Assembly: GCA_050012475.1 (NCBI GenBank) | Contig: JBEKHC010000019.1 | Location: 1 to 59,409, forward strand | Origin: Candidatus Velthaea sp. | GTDB taxonomy: Bacteria; Vulcanimicrobiota; Vulcanimicrobiia; Vulcanimicrobiales; Vulcanimicrobiaceae | Direction of reading: 5' to 3' | Length of the DNA: 59,409 bases | Shown here: one piece after another, positions 1 to 8,995 of the stretch | How positions within the stretch are numbered: position 1 is the first letter of the stretch | Layout of the letters: each line of letters begins with the position of its first letter | Position numbers and translations under genes: made by a program | The notes under the pieces: generated by a model | Seen by the model: only the letters and a program-made list of their open reading frames with translations | Told to the model about the DNA's origin: nothing | Databases searched by the model: none

Positions 1-30
1 GGCTGACACCATGCACCGAGGTAAACGCCG

Positions 31-183
31 ATGCCCGAAGAGATCGTCCCACTTATCAGCTCCAGCGTGGCGGGCCCGCTCGGCATCCGGCACTCACTAG
101 GTCACCCATGTTACGTTCGATCGAACCGTGCAAGCACGTTCAGCCACAACAATTTGCGCGACGACGTCGCCGTGGTCTTCTGA
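31..183 (+). pseudogene. Truncated remnant resembling the N-terminus of DUF5069-like proteins
   Basis: RBS-like GAGG, then MPEEIVPLISSSVAGPLGIRH, resembling the IVPLISSxxAGPLGxxHLPRLW start I recall for this family. Similarity stops at ~nt 93 and the frame ends at 183. Confidence 0.45.
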
Positions 184-232
184 CCGACTCAGCGAAACGC
201 GTCCCGGACGAGCCTTGGTTGGGGGTGATCCG

Positions 233-1006
233 CTATTCGAAGGATATGGTCATAACAGCAACATCATCGGGATGTAGCTGTTCTTGTTGCAATACGCTCT
301 CTACGATGAACTTCGCTGGCTTCGGAGGCCTTGCCTCGATGGCGGCGCGCGCTGCTCTTAGCAGCCGGTCCTCGCCTTCGGCGACATCGTGGCTGAACTC
401 TATGAGGCCATCCGTGTATAGGATTAGCAGTGTCCCGGATTCGTAGATGAATTCATGCTCGCGAATAAGATCCGGCAAGTTGAGTTCGACGCCCAGCGGA
501 AAGCCGTGATTGGGCATAATGCGTGGCGGCACGCCGGCTTTGGCCAGAATCGGCGGATGATGACCCGCCGAGGCGTACGTCACGTTACGATTTGCCGTAT
601 CGATAACTCCGTAAATCGCCGTTGTCAATTCGACGTGATGGTTGTTGAGGAAAATGACCTTATTCGTTTGATCCAATACCGCGATCGGCATGGGGTCATT
701 GATCTGCAGCGATGCAGCGACCTTAATCGCCTGTTTTGCCTGTCCCATCTTCACCGCTGCGGCGAGGCCCCGGCCGCAGACATCGCCGATCGTAAAGGCA
801 ACCCGTCCGTCGGGCACGGTGAAGATGTCGTACCAATCGCCGCCGAGCTGTTCAAGTATCGCTGCTGGCTGATAGAGGACGTCGAAGGCAAGCCCCTTGA
901 CGATCGGAAAGTCAAAGGTTTGAAAACCTTGCATAAGAGCGTCGACGGTTGCTTGCTTTCCCGCAAGTTCCAGCCGAAGTCGTTCGATCGTGGCCGCTTC
1001 GCCCAC
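233..1006 (-). CDS. SpoIIE/RsbU-like PP2C-family Ser/Thr phosphatase without a sensor domain
   Basis: GGDWYD, IGDVCGRG, SAGHHPP, LYTDGL and DDVA motifs; AGGAGG RBS upstream. Confidence 0.9.
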   Translation of the reverse strand: MGEAATIERLRLELAGKQATVDALMQGFQTFDFPIVKGLAFDVLYQPAAILEQLGGDWYDIFTVPDGRVAFTIGDVCGRGLAAAVKMGQAKQAIKVAASLQINDPMPIAVLDQTNKVIFLNNHHVELTTAIYGVIDTANRNVTYASAGHHPPILAKAGVPPRIMPNHGFPLGVELNLPDLIREHEFIYESGTLLILYTDGLIEFSHDVAEGEDRLLRAARAAIEARPPKPAKFIVESVLQQEQLHPDDVAVMTISFE

Positions 1007-1106
1007 CCTTTAAGCCTCCTGCTGGTTGCTAACCCTTAACTGCCATTTTCCACAGGTACCCTGGACCTCCGCCTGGGGGACCGCAGCTCAGAGTAAGACC
1101 GACCTT

Positions 1107-1192
1107 CTGACGTCCCCGTCCCCCGTGCCGCGCCGCGGCGCGTGTTTGGCTGACGTCCCCGTCCCCCGTGCCGCGCCGCGGCGCGTGTTTGG
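1107..1192. repeat. Perfect 43-bp tandem duplication
   Basis: CTGACGTCCCCGTCCCCCGTGCCGCGCCGCGGCGCGTGTTTGG at 1107-1149 and 1150-1192. Confidence 0.95.
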
Positions 1193-1550
1193 GCATCGTT
1201 CCGCTCGCGCGCCTCGACGCGGTACCGCTTCGAATCCGCAGCCGACATCTCGCCGGGGTTGCTCGCGCTTCGCGTGTGCGAGGATCACGTTGGACGTCAT
1301 GCGCTGGTGAGCCGCGTGGATCTCAACCTTGCCATCGCGGTAAGCCGGTAAGCCCGGACGAGAACGAAAAGAGGGATGCCGCGTTGTCTTGCGCCTGGTA
1401 GACCACGCCGGCCCGCCGCATTCGCCCTCAAGTCTCGCCGACGATAGCGCGGCGGCCGGCCGATAACTTCTGTCGCGAACCCCGCGCTCGGCGGCTTCGC
1501 GCGCCCGCTTCTGTTCTGGCTATGGGGCAAATCGAGTGGTCGGCCGAGGG

Positions 1551-2348
1551 TCAGCCCTGGTAAAGGCCGCCGTTCATATTCAGGGCATGACCGGTGATGT
1601 AGGCGCCCTCGACGGATAGGAAACGGACGCCCCGTGCGACCTCCTCGGTCGTACAGGCACGGTGCATCGGGATCTTCTCGTAAATCGTCTCTTTGATCGC
1701 GTCGGGAACCGTGTCCCACATTTCGGTCGCCATCGCGCCGATCGCCACAGCGTTCACCGTGATGTTGCTGCGCGCCAGTTCGACGGCAAGCGCCTTGGTG
1801 AAACCGATGACTCCCGCCTTCGCCGCCGCGTAGTTCGCTTGTCCGAAGGTGACGACGAGTTGACCGGTCGTCGACGAGATGTTAATGATTCGGCCCCAGC
1901 TGTTTTCGAGCAGCATCGGCACCGCGAAGTGGCAGGTGTACATGAGGGCGGTGAGGTCGGTGTCGATGACATCCCGCCACTCTTGGGCCGTCATTCTCTT
2001 AAAGCTGTGGTCGCGCACAATGGCTGCGTTGTTGACGAGGATATCGAGCCGACCGCGCTCCGCCTTGATGCGTGCGAACATGCGCTCGACTTCGTCGTAG
2101 TCAGCGACATTACACTGCTCGGCGAACGCCTTGCCGCCGGCCGCTTCGATTTCCTCAAGGACGTGCGTGGCGAGATCGGCGGTGTGATGGTAGTTGACGA
2201 TCGTCGTCGCGCCGGCATCAGCGAGCTCCTTGGCGATGGCAGCTCCGAGACCGCGCGAACCGCCAGTGACGAGAGCGATGCGGCCTAGCAAGGGCTTTGA
2301 GGACTTCGCATCGGGTTCGGTGGCACGAGACGTCATTTCCATACACAA
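1551..2348 (-). CDS. Classical SDR, acetoacetyl-CoA reductase (PhaB)/3-oxoacyl-ACP reductase (FabG)-like
   Basis: TGGSRGLG, NNA, GRIINISS and YAAAK motifs; C-terminal NGGLY. Start may be ATG at 2336. Confidence 0.85.
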   Translation of the reverse strand: MCMEMTSRATEPDAKSSKPLLGRIALVTGGSRGLGAAIAKELADAGATTIVNYHHTADLATHVLEEIEAAGGKAFAEQCNVADYDEVERMFARIKAERGRLDILVNNAAIVRDHSFKRMTAQEWRDVIDTDLTALMYTCHFAVPMLLENSWGRIINISSTTGQLVVTFGQANYAAAKAGVIGFTKALAVELARSNITVNAVAIGAMATEMWDTVPDAIKETIYEKIPMHRACTTEEVARGVRFLSVEGAYITGHALNMNGGLYQG

Positions 2349-2373
2349 ACCTGTTCTGGCGATGTTTCCGCCA

Positions 2374-3507
2374 TCAGATATTCGGCCTCTGGGTCGGCTG
2401 CCCGGCCGAGATTCGCTTGGGCTGCGCTATTGGCGCTTGGCTCGACAAAGTCGATTTCCAGCCCAAGACGCGAGCGATCAGCTCACTGCGATTATTACTC
2501 AGCGTCTTGTCCAGCATGCTCTTGATGTGGTCTTGAACGGTCGAAGAGGTGATGTACAGTTGCTGCGCGATTTGGTCGAGATGGCAGCCGTCGAGAAGGA
2601 GTGCGAGCACCTGAACCTCGCGCGGTGAGATATGGAACTGCGCTGCCGCACCCGTTAGCGAATTGGGCGGTTGAAAACGATCGATGCGTACCCCGGTAAA
2701 CAGCCCGGCCGGACCAAACAGCGGTCGCGTTCGAACAACGAGAAATGGAACCGGACGCGCCAGACCGGAGTGTTTTACCGACTCGGTGGCCCAGGCAGCC
2801 GTTAACTCGCGCACGGTCTCTTCGAGCACAATGGGAAGACGCTCCGCGATCTGGGTTCGCATCCCCGTTAGGGCCGTACGGCGCTGTTCTTCGGAGCTCC
2901 ACGCCAGGACGATCTTTAGATCGCCGTCGAGCACGTAGAAAGCTTGGTCAGAGAGCGTCGCGGTTGCGCCCATCTCGGAGTCCCCGCGCTCCGCGGCGAA
3001 TTGTCGCGGCGGCTGCAAGCGCAGCGCGGAGAGGCGGTCAGAGAGCGCGTCCAAACCCAACGTCAGGATGGTGATCTCACTCGACGTGAACGGCCCCAAG
3101 TCGGCCGTCCGCAAGATGGCGAGGATACCGAAATGTGTGTGCGCGTCGGCAAATACCAGCGTAATGCCGCTGTCGAAACCGTCAAGCGATTCTAGCGTCG
3201 CGGCGATCCGCGGTCCCGTGGGACATTTCGTGCGCTGGCACCTTAGCTCGTCCGCGAGCCATGCCACTCCCTTGACGTTCGCACGGGAACCGAAAAGGGA
3301 AACGAGACCGCCGTTGGCCGCCACCCGTGCAAAGGTCCAACGCGAAGCCGGCACGATACCGAGCATACCCGAGAGGATCGGATACGCCGGATCCGACTCG
3401 GGCATCGCTTCGGGGGAGCGAGGGCGTCCCATCGATGTCGTTTTGGGCTGGGCTGGCTCCGGGCGGCTTGCGAGCATCTCTCCGCTTTTCCGATCGGCTT
3501 TTTTCAC
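2374..3507 (-). CDS. LuxR-family HTH transcriptional regulator
   Basis: C-terminal ISPREVQVL...IAQQLYITSSTVQDHIKSMLDK helix-turn-helix; uncharacterised N-terminal region. Confidence 0.8.
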   Translation of the reverse strand: MKKADRKSGEMLASRPEPAQPKTTSMGRPRSPEAMPESDPAYPILSGMLGIVPASRWTFARVAANGGLVSLFGSRANVKGVAWLADELRCQRTKCPTGPRIAATLESLDGFDSGITLVFADAHTHFGILAILRTADLGPFTSSEITILTLGLDALSDRLSALRLQPPRQFAAERGDSEMGATATLSDQAFYVLDGDLKIVLAWSSEEQRRTALTGMRTQIAERLPIVLEETVRELTAAWATESVKHSGLARPVPFLVVRTRPLFGPAGLFTGVRIDRFQPPNSLTGAAAQFHISPREVQVLALLLDGCHLDQIAQQLYITSSTVQDHIKSMLDKTLSNNRSELIARVLGWKSTLSSQAPIAQPKRISAGQPTQRPNI

Positions 3508-3839
3508 GATGTGCTGGCCCCTTGGGGCCGGTACCGCATCGTCGTTACGAGGACCACGTTAGCCGCTGCGGTCGAAGAGCCGATGAATATCCAGTGAAAT
3601 CGAGCGACGGCACGGGCCCGTCACCACGGCTATGATGGGCCTGTCATCCGCGAGGGGCAACACGCCACGGTCGCAGGGACTTGATCGACCGCTGTGAGCC
3701 CGAACTCCCAAACTTCGATGCACGGTCAACCACTGGATGCAAGGACGGGGATCCGGCCGCCGGCATCGCTCGCAATGATGGTCCATTGATTCGCAAGAGT
3801 TTGCTTGCCGAAACAACGGCATGACTTCTTGTGCCGCAG

Positions 3840-4184
3840 CTAACGCCCCGCGGTATTCGCAGCATGCCTCATCGCGTCTGTTACGTGCTCCAGCCGCTCT
3901 TGAACGCGTTGCCGCAGACGCGCCTTGGTGCGGTCGGAGAGTTTGCCCAAACGCCGGTTCTCGAACTCCGTCGATGGGAAAGCGAAGCCCGCGACAAATC
4001 CCAGGACGATCGCACCGACGCCGACCGGTAGCGGATGTTTGTTCACGAACCGGCGAAGCCGTCCGGCCCGCTCCGATCTCGACGGCAGCATTTCGCTGGC
4101 TCGCGCGCCGACATCCGCCACTCGATCGCGCACGTCTTCGACTCTTCGTTTGAGCCGGTCTGCCCGCTGGGCGAGGTTTCTCAT
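3840..4184 (-). CDS. Small membrane-anchored protein (DUF3618/ElaB-YqjD-like)
   Basis: GGGAGG RBS before ATG 4184; basic helical N-terminus, then NKHPLPVGVGAIVLGFVAGFAFPST hydrophobic segment. Confidence 0.6.
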   Translation of the reverse strand: MRNLAQRADRLKRRVEDVRDRVADVGARASEMLPSRSERAGRLRRFVNKHPLPVGVGAIVLGFVAGFAFPSTEFENRRLGKLSDRTKARLRQRVQERLEHVTDAMRHAANTAGR

Positions 4185-4225
4185 CAACCTCCCTTTCTGA
4201 TTCTGAAGCCCTGGCTTTTTTGAAC

Positions 4226-4579
4226 TCAATCTCGCGAAGCTCGCAGAAAGCGTCCGGTCGCAAACCCGAGCAAGAACCCCGTCACCGTGAAGGTCAGCGG
4301 CACGCGCCTCCCCAGCGATTCGGCATCGGCCAGCAGTCGATCGGTATCGGAGATCCTCAGATAGCGGCCGACGGCGTCCAAACGGTGGGCGATTGATTCC
4401 ACTATGCCATCGGCAAAAGGCGAATCGGGCGACTGCACTTCGCGCACCGACGATCGGAGCAACTTAGCGAGTTCCGAGATCCGCGCGCCGGCGCTGTGCG
4501 TTCGTTGTTCGATTCGCCGCCGAACGAACTTTGCGGCGTCTTTTCGGACTGCTTTGAAGGTTCGCTTGAAACCGCTCAT
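4226..4579 (-). CDS. Small helical protein with C-terminal membrane anchor (ElaB/YqjD-like)
   Basis: GGAG RBS before ATG 4579; ends RRVPLTFTVTGFLLGFATGRFLRAS. Confidence 0.6.
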   Translation of the reverse strand: MSGFKRTFKAVRKDAAKFVRRRIEQRTHSAGARISELAKLLRSSVREVQSPDSPFADGIVESIAHRLDAVGRYLRISDTDRLLADAESLGRRVPLTFTVTGFLLGFATGRFLRASRD

Positions 4580-4904
4580 GTATCGTCTCCGCGCTTGTGC
4601 AACCGTGATGTTTTTCTTTGATGCGCGGTCTTTAGGAGCCGAGTCAACGACGTGCACATTGTACGAATGAGCCGACCCCGAATCGCCGTTGTCATCACGC
4701 CCCGCTCCGTCGAATTTTGCCCGGGAAAACCTAGTCGAATTTGCGCTCGTCACGTGTTGGACCCACACACGTCGGCGACGCGCCGGGCGCGTTGGCATTC
4801 GAAGCGCCCGCTGGAGCACAGTGCCCCAGACGTGCAGATCCGATGTCACCCGAACCCGGCGGCTCGTCACGAACTTTCTGTTCTTCTTTTCTGGAACACA
4901 ACGA

Positions 4905-5147
4905 CTACGTCTTGTTACGGTCCTCGCGCTTCATCGCATCGATATCGCCCTGCGCCGTCTGTTTCGCTTGACTGATCATCGAGCTCGCCTTCTCACCGGT
5001 GGTCATCTGGTCGCCGACCAGATTCCGCTTTTGCTGCTCGGCCTGCGCCATCACGCGATGCACAGCTTCGCTTGCCGTGTCCTTGACATTCGCGACGGTA
5101 TCTTTTACGGCTTCGACTACTTTGTTTAGTTCGTCTTTTTGCACCAT
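4905..5147 (-). CDS. Small hydrophilic helical hypothetical protein (CsbD/LEA-like character)
   Basis: 80 aa, rich in A/K/Q/E; AGAGAGGA RBS upstream. Confidence 0.7.
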   Translation of the reverse strand: MVQKDELNKVVEAVKDTVANVKDTASEAVHRVMAQAEQQKRNLVGDQMTTGEKASSMISQAKQTAQGDIDAMKREDRNKT

Positions 5148-5257
5148 TGCATGTTCCTCTCTTTTTGCTCTCTTTCGAGAGCTTGCCGGGTTTTGTCGGA
5201 CCCGGAATAGCGCGGCCGGGCCAGCCGAATGCGCATGTCCGACGGCGTCACACCGGC

Positions 5258-5416
5258 CTATACTCGAGCGCCGCGAGCGGTCAAGACGTTAACGATAATC
5301 AGGACGAGCGCGACAAGGAGTAGTAGATGTATGAGCCCGCCACCAAAGTGCAACGCAAAGCCCGCCAGCCAGAAGGCAAACAAGATCACGATTATCGTCC
5401 ACAAGATTCCGCCCAT
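5258..5416 (-). CDS. lmo0937-family (DUF5670) small membrane protein, 52 aa
   Basis: Not in the ORF track. Manual translation: MGGILWTIIVILFAFWLAGFALHFGGGLIHLLLLVALVLIIVNVLTARGARV*, with the GGLIHLLL signature; AAGGGA RBS. Confidence 0.85.
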   Translation of the reverse strand: MGGILWTIIVILFAFWLAGFALHFGGGLIHLLLLVALVLIIVNVLTARGARV

Positions 5417-6223
5417 GATTCCCTTGACTAACCCCTCACCTTGCGCTTAGCTGCACCTTGCGGCGGTAGCGCGCTTCGCAGCCACAACTCCTCGATAAGA
5501 CGTCCCGCCTGCGCGACTGAACCGTTGAAGCATGCTATGCCGATGCGCAGTGGGGAGCTCGCATTCGGCCGCCAAGTCCACACTACAGCATAGGTTCATG
5601 CTGTGAACAGCTGATGAACGATACGCCGATCGCGCCCCCTCGGTACCCGGTCGTCACGCACGATACGCGGCATCGAGTTCCGCCTAACATGCGAGCGCAG
5701 CACATTCGTGCTTTCGGTTTCGACGAGTGTGATCTTGGGTGGGTAGGCCGAACCGGAGCCCGGTATCAGTCCATCGGATAGACCATCGCCGAAGTGTCGA
5801 CTGCGGCGCACCGTCGTGGGCTAACGAGAAGCTCCAGATGCTCGGCTGCACTTCTTTGGCAAGAGCGCGCAGATAGCCGCTGGGCGTCGCGACCAACGCT
5901 TGACGCAGGCTGTCGCGCCTGTGAAACGCGATCCCGCGCCCGAGCGGGGCTAAACTTCAACTTTCACGCGCAATCGTTTAATCGGCTGGTCTTGCCGATC
6001 CCCATTCTCACCGATGTGCTTGCCTTGCTCCGCGTGATATGTTGGGATCAAGCGGTTTTCAACGACCGAAACGGTGGCTGTATTCGTTTGCGGCCACCGC
6101 TTGAGGGTTGCTGCGTTTCTGTTGGCGCTCAAAAGGTATGGTGGAATGGATAACATCCCAGATAGGCAAGCAACGAGGGGAGCTTATTGTTTGACGTTTC
6201 GTTGTCAGAACGGCAGGCACACA

Positions 6224-6472
6224 ATGAAGCGCGCCATGCAGCGACTTAATCAAGTGCGGGAAGTGCTTGGTCCGAATGATCGGTGGACCCTCATACAGGC
6301 AAGCGATTCTCCTTCGATCCAGCGATGGACCTGGGAATGCGGCTGCCTCATAGAGTGTACTGGCGATGGCCGAAACCATGAAGCGGTATTTGACTGGAAC
6401 CCCTGCGGCGGTCATCCGCAAAGCGGCTACGTCGAATGCTTGCGAGCACAGCAGTTGCCGCCATCGATGTGA
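6224..6472 (+). CDS. Small hypothetical protein with WxCGC...PCxxH putative metal-binding motif
   Basis: MKRAMQRL...WTWECGCLIEC...WNPCGGH within ORF 6074..6472. Confidence 0.5.
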   Translation: MKRAMQRLNQVREVLGPNDRWTLIQASDSPSIQRWTWECGCLIECTGDGRNHEAVFDWNPCGGHPQSGYVECLRAQQLPPSM

Positions 6473-6503
6473 CCCCCGCCATGTGTTGCCTTGACCGGGC
6501 GTT

Positions 6504-6575
6504 GTGCACTTCGGCGGCGGCCTCATTCATTTACTGGTTCGTGTCACACTGGTTCTGATCGTGGCACGCGGATCT
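6504..6575 (+). pseudogene. Fragment paralogous to the lmo0937-family gene at 5258-5416
   Basis: VHFGGGLIHLLVRVTLVLIVARG aligns with LHFGGGLIHLLLLVALVLII...ARG; an in-frame TGA at 6492-6494 removes the N-terminal half. Confidence 0.65.
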
Positions 6576-7019
6576 AGGGAAAGAAGAGACACTAATGGGA
6601 AAGACCGGCAGCAACTCGGCGTCCCGTGTCGCTTCGCGGTCGGCCGGGGCACCGGCTGCCGCCGGCGCACCGGGAACTCCGGCCTCCCGAAAGCGCCGCA
6701 GAAACTCATCGAGCACGGCAGTACCGCCTGCGGCTATGGATTCGTTTCACTCGTTGTGCGCGTTTCGCTCGTTCGGTTCTCAACTGAAAGCTACCGACGA
6801 ACACCTTTGGTGATCGCCGTGATGCGTGGCGTCGACGGCACGTACGGTACCATAAACGCTTGGTCGAACGATCGGCACAGAACGCGTTCGGAATCTGCGT
6901 GCTACCATCCATCACGTACGCACGAGAGCATTCCACGCCATTCCGGAACGGTCGGCATACAATCGGAAGCGACTACGGCGCGTCCGGTTCCGGGAAAGGC
7001 GAGCGCTAGACCTGCAGGG

Positions 7020-7148
7020 GCGCTCAAGCTCGTTCGTCTCGACGTCACGCGCCACGACCGCCTCGAAGCTGATGACTTGCATGATCGCGAGCCGGCGCTC
7101 GCCATAGCCAACTTCACTCCCGGGCTTAATGGCCGGGTTCGAGCCCAT
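7020..7148 (-). pseudogene. Possible remnant of the N-terminus of a TnsB/TniA-like (Mu-type DDE) transposase
   Basis: GAGGTG-ATG start; MGSNPAIKPGSEVGYGERRLAIMQVISFEAVVARDVETNELER resembles the N-terminal pattern of Tn5053/Tn7-like transposases (from memory). No DDE core follows. Confidence 0.4.
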
Positions 7149-7326
7149 CACCTCGCACTCCGAACGCGCACCACGAACGCTACCGACAAAATCTTGATTC
7201 TGCAATCCGGTACCGCGGACTTACCGGATTACTAATCCGGTTGCATTAACTTCACGACGTCAGTGGCAGGTTCTTTGCGAAGTTCTCGCATCGTTCGATT
7301 GCCGTAGTTGCGTTCACTTCTGAAGT

Positions 7327-8712
7327 TTACCCGGGCGACGGCGGCATATCGCCCGCCTCGAAGGGCCAGCGCTGCGATTGCGCCGCCCGGATCAAGTAGA
7401 CCGCGGCGCCGAGCGCAAGCGTGACGACGCCGAAGGAAATCGCCGCAAGTCCGGCGCTGCAGAATACAAACACCCAGCCTGCCAGCGCGATGAATGCCGG
7501 CAGCGGATAAAGCCACATCCGGTACGGCGAACGGATGCCGCGCCCGCGAACCACGCCCAACGCCACGATTTGCGCGACCGATTGAATGAGCACCATCCCG
7601 GTCGTGAGGGCATTGAAGACCACGTCGAGCGGCAAGAGCGCCGCGGGCAGCGCCAGCAGGCCGATCGTCAGCAGCGAGATGTCGGGGAACCGGTGCGTCG
7701 GATGAAGATGAGCGAACGGCCGTAGGAATTCATCCTGGATCGCTGCCGCGAAGGGAATGCGCGAGTAGCCCAGCAGATTCGCGTACATCGATGCGAAAGC
7801 GCTGACGATGATGAGCGCGGTCACGGCGGTTGCGGCCGGCGCCCCGAAGCTGCGTTCGACGATCGCCGAAGCGATGTGTTGACCCAGCGGCGGCAGCGAG
7901 CCGTCCGCATGCGGAATCACCGACGCCCACGGGATCGCGCCCAGAATGCCGACTTGCAGCGTCAGGTAGATCGCTGCAACGAGCGCGACCGAGATCAGGA
8001 TCGAGAGCGGCAGCGTGCGTGCCGGGCGGATCACCTCGCCGCCGATGCTGCTGGCGGCATTGTAGCCGAGGTAATCGTAGATCGCGATGAGCAAACCTTG
8101 GCCCAGACCCATGCGCAGCCCGTTCCACAGCGAGTCGTTCGGCGGCAGCGAAGTCACGAGCGACGGCGTAAAATGCGCGTATGCGGCGGCGATCACGCAG
8201 CCGACCGCCACGAGGACCGCCAGCGCAAGACCGATGCCGATCCGCGCGATCGTCGTGATGCGGCGGTAGAGTGCCACCAGCGTCAGCAAGCCGAACGCAA
8301 CCGCGAGCCCTTTGATCGCCCACCCCGAACCACTCACTGTCGGAATGAGATAGCCGGTGTAGTTTGCGATGCCGATGTAGCCCACGGCCTGGTTGAGCGG
8401 CGCCGCAAAGAGCGTTTGCCAGGCAAACATGAAGGCCAGCAGCGATCCGGCGCGTCGGGGGCCGAAAACCGCGCGCAGATAGCCGAACGTGCCGCCGGAA
8501 CCCGGGTAAAGCGCGCCCAGTTCGCTCCACACCAAGCCGTCGCAGATCGCCAGGACGGCGCCCAGGATCCAGCCCGCGAGCGACAGCGGACCGTGCAGGG
8601 CGCCCAGCACCAGCGGAACGGTGATGAGCGGGCCCACGCCGATCATCGCGATCGCGTTGATCGCGACGGCGCCGCGCAGGTCGACGCCGCGCACCAAGCC
8701 GCGTTCACTCAC
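7327..8712 (-). CDS. APC-family amino acid permease
   Basis: IGVGPL, WSELGALYPGSGGTFGYL, YDYLGY and YSRIPFAAA motifs; about 12 hydrophobic segments. Likely GTG start at 8712. Confidence 0.9.
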   Translation of the reverse strand: MSERGLVRGVDLRGAVAINAIAMIGVGPLITVPLVLGALHGPLSLAGWILGAVLAICDGLVWSELGALYPGSGGTFGYLRAVFGPRRAGSLLAFMFAWQTLFAAPLNQAVGYIGIANYTGYLIPTVSGSGWAIKGLAVAFGLLTLVALYRRITTIARIGIGLALAVLVAVGCVIAAAYAHFTPSLVTSLPPNDSLWNGLRMGLGQGLLIAIYDYLGYNAASSIGGEVIRPARTLPLSILISVALVAAIYLTLQVGILGAIPWASVIPHADGSLPPLGQHIASAIVERSFGAPAATAVTALIIVSAFASMYANLLGYSRIPFAAAIQDEFLRPFAHLHPTHRFPDISLLTIGLLALPAALLPLDVVFNALTTGMVLIQSVAQIVALGVVRGRGIRSPYRMWLYPLPAFIALAGWVFVFCSAGLAAISFGVVTLALGAAVYLIRAAQSQRWPFEAGDMPPSPG

Positions 8713-8995
8713 GGCCGGTCGGTTCCGACGCGATGAAAGCCGCACCTCGCAGGCCGATCCTTTTGCACGGGTTTCGCGAAACGTCCGGATCCTGTCAACG
8801 CCGCGTTCAGACTCGGCCAACCCGCGCGCGCGTTGCCTCGCAGCGCGCGCTTTGTCTAGATGAGATAGCGGGCGATATATGCAGGTGGGTGCCGGCCGTT
8901 TCCGGCGGCGTGTCCGCGTATTCGGTCGCGCACGGACGATAACGAAGCATGACCTGTCCTGCGCCGCGCCTATGCGTGCTGCGCCGCCCTGCGAA

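Noticed and set aside
1036..1550. Short Arg-rich ORFs around the 43-bp duplication
   Set aside because: No RBS, motif or coding-like composition; the repeat length breaks frame.
5500..6070. Several short ORFs in the accessory patch
   Set aside because: No recognisable family or convincing start; cannot be distinguished from decayed sequence.
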